From Bulleidia sp. (GTDB lineage: Bacteria; Bacteroidota; Bacteroidia; Bacteroidales; UBA932): a DNA stretch of 64,000 bases. The DNA lies in contig CAVFMX010000046.1 of assembly GCA_963623745.1 (NCBI GenBank), forward strand, positions 201 to 64,200, given 5' to 3'. Made by a program: the position numbers and the translations under genes. Positions within the stretch are counted from its first letter, which is position 1; each line of letters starts with the position of its first letter. A model generated the notes under the pieces. It was not told the DNA's origin and did no database searches. It saw only the letters and a program-made list of their open reading frames with translations. Below are positions 58,685 to 64,000 of this stretch, in pieces.

Positions 58685-59483
58685 CGACGGTCTTCTGGAC
58701 CGGTTCGAGCCGATCACGCTGGAGCGGATGGATTCCATCCGGCTGATGAACCGGACTGACACCAAGTTCGTCACCGACACCTTGACGCTGCGGGAAATCC
58801 TTGAAGACGCGCTCAGGCACGGCTACATGGCGTTCGAGACCGGCGGAGAACGGGTGCAGGCCTACGACAGCATCTATTTCGACACCAGGGATCTGACGAT
58901 GTTCACGGACCACCGCAGAGGAAAGCTTGTCAGGCAGAAGGTCAGAACCCGCGTCTATCGCGGCTCGGGGCTTTGCTTCCTTGAGGTCAAGAAAAAGAAC
59001 AACCATTCGAGGACCCGCAAGAAGCGCATGGAACTGCCTCCTGCTGATTTCAGGGATTTCAGGGACAATCCTGACGCCTGTCTCTGGCTGGCATCTCATT
59101 CCGATTTCCGAGGCGATGAGGTTTCCCCGTCCGTCGAGACATCGTTCAACCGGATCACCCTGGTCAACAAAGGTCTGACGGAACGTCTCACGATCGACAC
59201 CTCGGTGTCTTTCAGGAATTTGAGGACAAAGGCCACGGCCGATCTGGGTTCCGCGGTGATCATTGAGCTCAAGCAGGACGGCAGACTCCGCAGCGAGATG
59301 AAGGAAATCTTTCTGAAGCATCGAGTCAAGCCTTTCAGAATCAGCAAGTACTGCATGGGCACCGTCTTGACGGACTCAGGTGTGGTCCGCGGCAGATTCA
59401 ATCTGAAAATCAGAAATATTGACAAATTGAACAAAAACTTTTACATCAAATGTTACAATCCGGTATTACTCCGCCCGCTTTAG
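58653..59483 (+). CDS. VTC (polyphosphate polymerase) domain protein, CYTH/TTM fold
   Basis: LMNRTDTKF, SIYFDT, KVRTRVY, FLEVKKK, TRKKR, FNRITL, RLTIDT, IIELK and ISKY. Start uncertain (ATG 58653 or GTG 58677). Confidence 0.85.
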   Translation: MNIPSRPPVTDDGLLDRFEPITLERMDSIRLMNRTDTKFVTDTLTLREILEDALRHGYMAFETGGERVQAYDSIYFDTRDLTMFTDHRRGKLVRQKVRTRVYRGSGLCFLEVKKKNNHSRTRKKRMELPPADFRDFRDNPDACLWLASHSDFRGDEVSPSVETSFNRITLVNKGLTERLTIDTSVSFRNLRTKATADLGSAVIIELKQDGRLRSEMKEIFLKHRVKPFRISKYCMGTVLTDSGVVRGRFNLKIRNIDKLNKNFYIKCYNPVLLRPL

Positions 59484-60223
59484 ACGAAAGCGAGCTCCTG
59501 GGAATCCAGGCTCTCTCCGACCCGGTGATGAGCACGGCGCAGAGTCTTTCGGAACTCGCGCTGCGGTTCTTCCTCAACCTGCTGTCCTGCTGGGTGATAG
59601 TCTGCCTTCTGTACTATCCGAAAAGCCGCAGGAAAGACTATGTGTTCACCTTCCTGACATTCTCCTCGGCGATGCTGCTTCTGCTCTACGCCATGGGCAG
59701 GGTGGATGTCGGCGTGGGGCTCACGCTCGGACTCTTCGCCATCTTCGGCGTGATCCGCTACCGGACCGAGACCGTCCCGATCCGTGAGATGACCTACCTG
59801 TTCGTGATCATAGCGGTTGCGGCGGTCAACGGTCTCACGCCTCTGTTCAGGGTCACGGGCATTGTGGAGAACACTCCGCACTTCGCTCTCGGAACCGGAG
59901 ACCTGCTTGTGATCGTGGCGGCCAACGCCCTGTCGATCATCCTGATCTGGGTGCTGGAAAGCAGCCGGAGCCTGAGGAAATCCGGCTCGAAGATCATTCT
60001 GTACGACCGGATAGACCTGATCGTGCCTGACCGCCGTGACGAACTTTTCAAGGACATCGAGGAGCGCTGCGGCATCAAGCCGGTTGACATCACCGTCGGC
60101 AACATCGACTTCCTGAAAGATTCCGCCTACATCAAGGTTTACTACAACACCGAATCGGGAGCCGACTCGTCGGTCAATTCCATCGTAAGAAACAAACAAT
60201 TCATTGAAAATCAGAGTTTATGA
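59450..60223 (+). CDS. DUF4956 family membrane protein
   Basis: GLTLGLFAIFGVIRYRTETVPIREMTYLF, C-terminal YDRIDLI...DIEERCG. Confidence 0.85.
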   Translation: MLQSGITPPALDESELLGIQALSDPVMSTAQSLSELALRFFLNLLSCWVIVCLLYYPKSRRKDYVFTFLTFSSAMLLLLYAMGRVDVGVGLTLGLFAIFGVIRYRTETVPIREMTYLFVIIAVAAVNGLTPLFRVTGIVENTPHFALGTGDLLVIVAANALSIILIWVLESSRSLRKSGSKIILYDRIDLIVPDRRDELFKDIEERCGIKPVDITVGNIDFLKDSAYIKVYYNTESGADSSVNSIVRNKQFIENQSL

Positions 60224-61020
60224 GCATCATGAAAATATTCCCGAAAGCCGTCGCCGCAGTCGCGCTGGTTCTGCTGGCACAGGCATATTCAGAAATTTCC
60301 GCACAGGACATCAACGGCCGTGCCTCCGCCGAATTGGACTGGAAGGTCGCGAAAGGGTTCCATCTGAACGCCGAGTACGAGGTCCGCTCGAAGGACTCTT
60401 TCTCCGGAATCGAGAGGAACCAGTTCTCGCTCGGCGCGTCCTACAAGCTGAACAAGTTTCTGAAAACCGGCCTTGAGTACACTTTCATCGGCCACTACGC
60501 CAACTCTTCAGGAGAGTTCCGCCCACGGCACAGGCTTTCCGCCAACCTGACCGGAAGCGTGGATGCGGGCAACTGGCGCTTTTCTCTTCGGGAGAGGCTC
60601 CAGTTCACCCACAAGTCCTACGACATCAATCATTATCAGGAGGTTCTCAACCCTCTGACCCTGAAGTCCCGCCTGATGGCCAAGTACCGTGGATTCAAAA
60701 CCGTGGAGCCTTACGCCTACGTCGAGATCCGCAACATCTTCAACGCCCCGAAGTGCAGCGCCACCCACAACACCGCCACAGACTCGTGGACCGACTACGA
60801 GTTTCTCGGCTACTCCCACGCCTACGTCAACCGCGTCCGCGGAGCCCTCGGGCTGGAGTGGAACCTCAACAAGCGCAACAGTCTGGACTTCACTGTGATG
60901 TACAACCGCCACAACGAACTTGAGATCGACACCAACAAGGCCGGGACCAAGCTCAAGTCCTACGCCTGGCGGAACCCTTCCACCGCCACCGTCGCTGTCG
61001 GCTACAAGTTTTCGTTCTGA
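60220..61020 (+). CDS. DUF2490-like outer-membrane beta-barrel protein
   Basis: Signal peptide, amphipathic strands, RHR, SLRERLQF, EPYAYVE, RVRGALG, C-terminal VGYKFSF. Confidence 0.72.
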   Translation: MSIMKIFPKAVAAVALVLLAQAYSEISAQDINGRASAELDWKVAKGFHLNAEYEVRSKDSFSGIERNQFSLGASYKLNKFLKTGLEYTFIGHYANSSGEFRPRHRLSANLTGSVDAGNWRFSLRERLQFTHKSYDINHYQEVLNPLTLKSRLMAKYRGFKTVEPYAYVEIRNIFNAPKCSATHNTATDSWTDYEFLGYSHAYVNRVRGALGLEWNLNKRNSLDFTVMYNRHNELEIDTNKAGTKLKSYAWRNPSTATVAVGYKFSF

Positions 61021-61026
61021 AACGGG

Positions 61027-61056
61027 GCAAGACCTCCGCGGCTGCGGAGGTCTTGC
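61027..61056. terminator. Perfect 13-bp hairpin closing the VTC operon
   Basis: GCAAGACCTCCGC-ggct-GCGGAGGTCTTGC, 6 nt after the stop. No U-tract on the plus strand. Confidence 0.6.
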
Positions 61057-61105
61057 AAAATTCCGGGAAGATTCCTAAATTGCGCCAAGTAATCACGCTT
61101 GGTTC

Positions 61106-63214
61106 ATGACCCGGAGAACAAAACTCATCTTGTCACTGTGCCTGCTGGCTTTCCTGCCGGCGAAATCTTCAAGCCCGCTGTTCGCCGGGCCGGCAAAGCC
61201 GGGAATCATCACCGTGACCCAAAGCGACGGCAGCACGGTCAGGATCCGTGTCCACGGGGATGAGTTCCGCAATCATGTCACCACGGAAGAGGGCTACACC
61301 CTCGCCGCGGATGCTGACGGGGACTGGGCTTTCGCAAGGCTCGGAGACGACGGACTGCTCGTTCCGACTTCCGTCAAGGCGAAACCTGTCAGCCGGCTGA
61401 CTGATTCCGAACGCAAGATTCTCGGCACCGGGCTGCGGAAGAACCTGATGCCTTTGCGCCCGACCGACCTTCAGCAGAGACTTAAAGCCGTGCGGGCATG
61501 GTCGCCGTCAACCCGCTCCGTGGCGGACGATTGCATTCCGCCGCTTTTGGGAGGCACTTCCTGGAAGCCTGTCGGAAACAAGAAAGTGCTGGTCCTGCTC
61601 GCCGAGTACCCCGACATGCCTTTCACCCAAGGGAGCAACGAAGCTTTCAACGACCTTCTGAACTCCCGGAGCTACACGAAGAACGGAGCCACAGGAAGCG
61701 TCCGGCAGTACTTTCACGACAACTCCGGCGGGCAGTTCGACCCTGAGTTCACGGTGGCTGGGCCGTACAGGCTCTCCAAGAACAGAAGCTGGTACAAGGA
61801 CAGACCGGAGGAGATGGTCGCCGAGACCGCGCGTCTTGCCGACAGCGATGTGGATTTCAGCCATTTCGCGGAGAACGGCGTTGCGCATGACATCTTCGTC
61901 TTCTACTCCGGAGGGGCGGAAAGCACGGGCAACCCCGACGGAATCTGGCCGCACCGGGGCGGACTCAGCGGTCTGACCCTTGACGGAGTCACTGTCCCGG
62001 GCTACGCATGCAGTTCCGAACTGGAGCCGGGCATGCAGGGAAACAACATCCTCGCCGCGATCGGATCATTCTGCCACGAGTTCGGGCATATTCTCGGATG
62101 GCCGGATCTCTACGACACAGTCAACGGCAACAGCACCGAATGCGACCTTCCGGGATTCTTCTCGCTGATGTCCTACGGAACCTATAACAACTACAGCCGC
62201 ACTCCCCCGGCGCTCAGCATCCTTGAAAGATGGATGATGGGATGGGCGGAGCCGGAAGTGCTGGAGACGACGGGGGAATATTCCCTGCCGGCCATCACTG
62301 AAGGCAAAGGCTATCTGATCAGAACCGAGACCGAAGGAGACTACTTTCTCTTGGAATGCCGCGGAACCGGAAAGAACGAGTGGGACAGGAAAGAGCATCT
62401 CGACTACTACGATCAGGGTTCCGGCTGGGGACTTCTTGTCTATCACGTCAGGAACGAGAAAAACAGCTGGATGGGAAACGCGGTGAACGTGACCGCCGGA
62501 AAAGAACACTACACGATCCACTACTCCGATCCCGGCTCCAAGGGCGGTTTCTCTCCGCAGTACCTGCCGGACCACTGTTTCTTTCCGGGCGGAAAGAATG
62601 TGACATCCATCTACAGTGACGGCAATTCGAGGTTCGTGTCAGCCGACGGCAAGAAAATGATGGTCGAGATTCCGTCAATAAGGCTCGACGAGACTTTAGG
62701 CTCGGTAAAATTATCCGTCACGGAGCGCGCCGGAAGCATCACCGACCTCAAGTCCGAAGTCTTCCAGCACGACATCCTTCTGAGCTGGAAGGACGACCTC
62801 TCCTCAAGTTGGACTGTCGAGTGGAGTCCTGAGGGAAGCGGGACCGGAACGGAGACTCTCTCAGGACTGACATCCCGCGAGGCGCATATTCCTTTATTGA
62901 AGGATGGTCAGGAATATCTCATCACCGTCACCGGCGACAGGAACAGCAGGACATCCTTGACCCTCAAGACCGAGAAAACCGGAAGCGGATTCCCGAGGAT
63001 CCGACTCTCCAAGGCCAATCCGACATCGGAGGAAAAAGTCCTTATGATGTTGGTTGACTGCGGCGAAGCGGGCGACATCCAATGGACTGTGGACGGAGCC
63101 AGAACGGACGGTTTCGTCAACCTTCGCAAGGGTGAGCATTACGTTCAGGCGGTTCTGACAAAACCGGACGGCAGCGTTGAACATTTCGTCCGCTTCATCA
63201 ATGTCATTCTGTAA
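61106..63214 (+). CDS. M6 family (immune inhibitor A-like) metalloprotease
   Basis: Signal peptide, QSDG..GDE prodomain, GSVRQYFHDNS, IWPH, CHEFGHILGWPDLYD and SLMSYG. Confidence 0.9.
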   Translation: MTRRTKLILSLCLLAFLPAKSSSPLFAGPAKPGIITVTQSDGSTVRIRVHGDEFRNHVTTEEGYTLAADADGDWAFARLGDDGLLVPTSVKAKPVSRLTDSERKILGTGLRKNLMPLRPTDLQQRLKAVRAWSPSTRSVADDCIPPLLGGTSWKPVGNKKVLVLLAEYPDMPFTQGSNEAFNDLLNSRSYTKNGATGSVRQYFHDNSGGQFDPEFTVAGPYRLSKNRSWYKDRPEEMVAETARLADSDVDFSHFAENGVAHDIFVFYSGGAESTGNPDGIWPHRGGLSGLTLDGVTVPGYACSSELEPGMQGNNILAAIGSFCHEFGHILGWPDLYDTVNGNSTECDLPGFFSLMSYGTYNNYSRTPPALSILERWMMGWAEPEVLETTGEYSLPAITEGKGYLIRTETEGDYFLLECRGTGKNEWDRKEHLDYYDQGSGWGLLVYHVRNEKNSWMGNAVNVTAGKEHYTIHYSDPGSKGGFSPQYLPDHCFFPGGKNVTSIYSDGNSRFVSADGKKMMVEIPSIRLDETLGSVKLSVTERAGSITDLKSEVFQHDILLSWKDDLSSSWTVEWSPEGSGTGTETLSGLTSREAHIPLLKDGQEYLITVTGDRNSRTSLTLKTEKTGSGFPRIRLSKANPTSEEKVLMMLVDCGEAGDIQWTVDGARTDGFVNLRKGEHYVQAVLTKPDGSVEHFVRFINVIL

Positions 63215-63238
63215 CAGATCCTTGAATATTCAAAAGTC

Positions 63239-63664
63239 ATGAAAGTCCCGTTAAAGACAGTCACAGCGCTTCTGCTTTTCACCGCCCTCCTCCCCGCCTG
63301 CAACGGCGACAAGGAAGATGATCATCTACGGGAGGATTTTTCCGTCGCCGAGAGTCTTGGCATCTATCAGGACGGCAGCCAGACGCTTTCTTTCCTTAAG
63401 AACAAGCATCAGTACTACTGCAATCCCAAGGAAAGGATCCTGAGGATCATCGACAACGAAGGGACGAGGGACATCACCGTGAGACTGAGCGCGATGCCTT
63501 CCTCCTCCGAGGGCGTGAGCGGGACTGTCTCCGGGAACATGGGGATCACCGGATTCAGTTTCAGCGAACTGAGGATCCTCAAGATCGACAGCAGGACGGT
63601 CTGGCTCTGGTCGGACAAGGACAAGGCGGGATTCATCCTTCCGTCCGCCGGACTACAGATCTAA
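63239..63664 (+). CDS. Hypothetical lipoprotein
   Basis: Lipobox LPAC followed by an acidic stretch. Co-oriented with its neighbours. Confidence 0.7.
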   Translation: MKVPLKTVTALLLFTALLPACNGDKEDDHLREDFSVAESLGIYQDGSQTLSFLKNKHQYYCNPKERILRIIDNEGTRDITVRLSAMPSSSEGVSGTVSGNMGITGFSFSELRILKIDSRTVWLWSDKDKAGFILPSAGLQI

Positions 63665-63700
63665 AAGACTGACAATCAACAATCTCAATAATAAGAACGT

Positions 63701-64000
63701 ATGAAAAGATTCTTTGTGTTCTTGTTTGTGCTTCTGGCGACGTTATCTCTTGCGTCGGCCCAGACCATAAACGTAAAAGGTACCGTCATCGATGACAACG
63801 GTGCTCCCGTCATCGGTGCATCGGTGATGATCAAGGGGACCTTGAAAGGTGACATCACGGACGTGGACGGTCATTTCAGTCTCGGCGGCGTGAAAACCAC
63901 AGACATGCTGGCCGTCTCATGCATCGGGATGATCTCTGTGGAGATCCCTCCCCGGCCGGAAATCACAATACGTCTGAAAACCGACCATGAGCAGCTTGAC
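63701..64000 (+). CDS. SusC-like TonB-dependent receptor, N-terminal part (runs off the window)
   Basis: Manual translation: MKRFFVFLFVLLATLSLASAQTINVKGTVIDDNGAPVIGASVMIKGT..TDVDGHFS..SCIGM..IRLKTDHEQLD. Confidence 0.8.
   Translation, partial: MKRFFVFLFVLLATLSLASAQTINVKGTVIDDNGAPVIGASVMIKGTLKGDITDVDGHFSLGGVKTTDMLAVSCIGMISVEIPPRPEITIRLKTDHEQLD

Overview
Chromosomal window from a GC-rich Bacteroidales genome, identified by Bacteroidetes TAnnTTTG promoters, susC/susD, DUF4783, DUF5686 and an argF'-type arginine pathway. The left third is mostly housekeeping: holA, a GH3 glucosidase, hpf, xerC, lnt, rlmH, a large orphan histidine kinase, tRNA-Arg, rpmF and typA. Next comes an arginine cluster (argR-GNAT-argG-argC-argD-argF'-argB ... 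argE, with argH convergent) interrupted by a decayed AraC-type regulator module. It is followed by a nigD / ECF sigma / dual-membrane anti-sigma locus, nhaC and mscL. A peptidoglycan-recycling run (ampG-namZ-amgK/rapZ-murU) and a DUF4922-SpoIID fusion gene flank an ECF/FecR/SusCD locus that has no recognisable glycoside hydrolase and instead encodes an EEP phosphoesterase and a degenerate NAGPA-like lipoprotein. After tRNA-Asn lies the best candidate for an uncharacterised system: a five-gene operon (Cthe_2159-like beta-helix lipoprotein, small secreted protein, VTC/polyphosphate-polymerase domain, DUF4956 membrane protein, DUF2490-like outer-membrane barrel). It is divergent from a LytS/LytTR two-component pair, with a LytTR-type direct repeat in its promoter. 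No CRISPR array, rRNA, intact transposase or prophage was seen. All family calls come from motif recognition by eye, not database searches.
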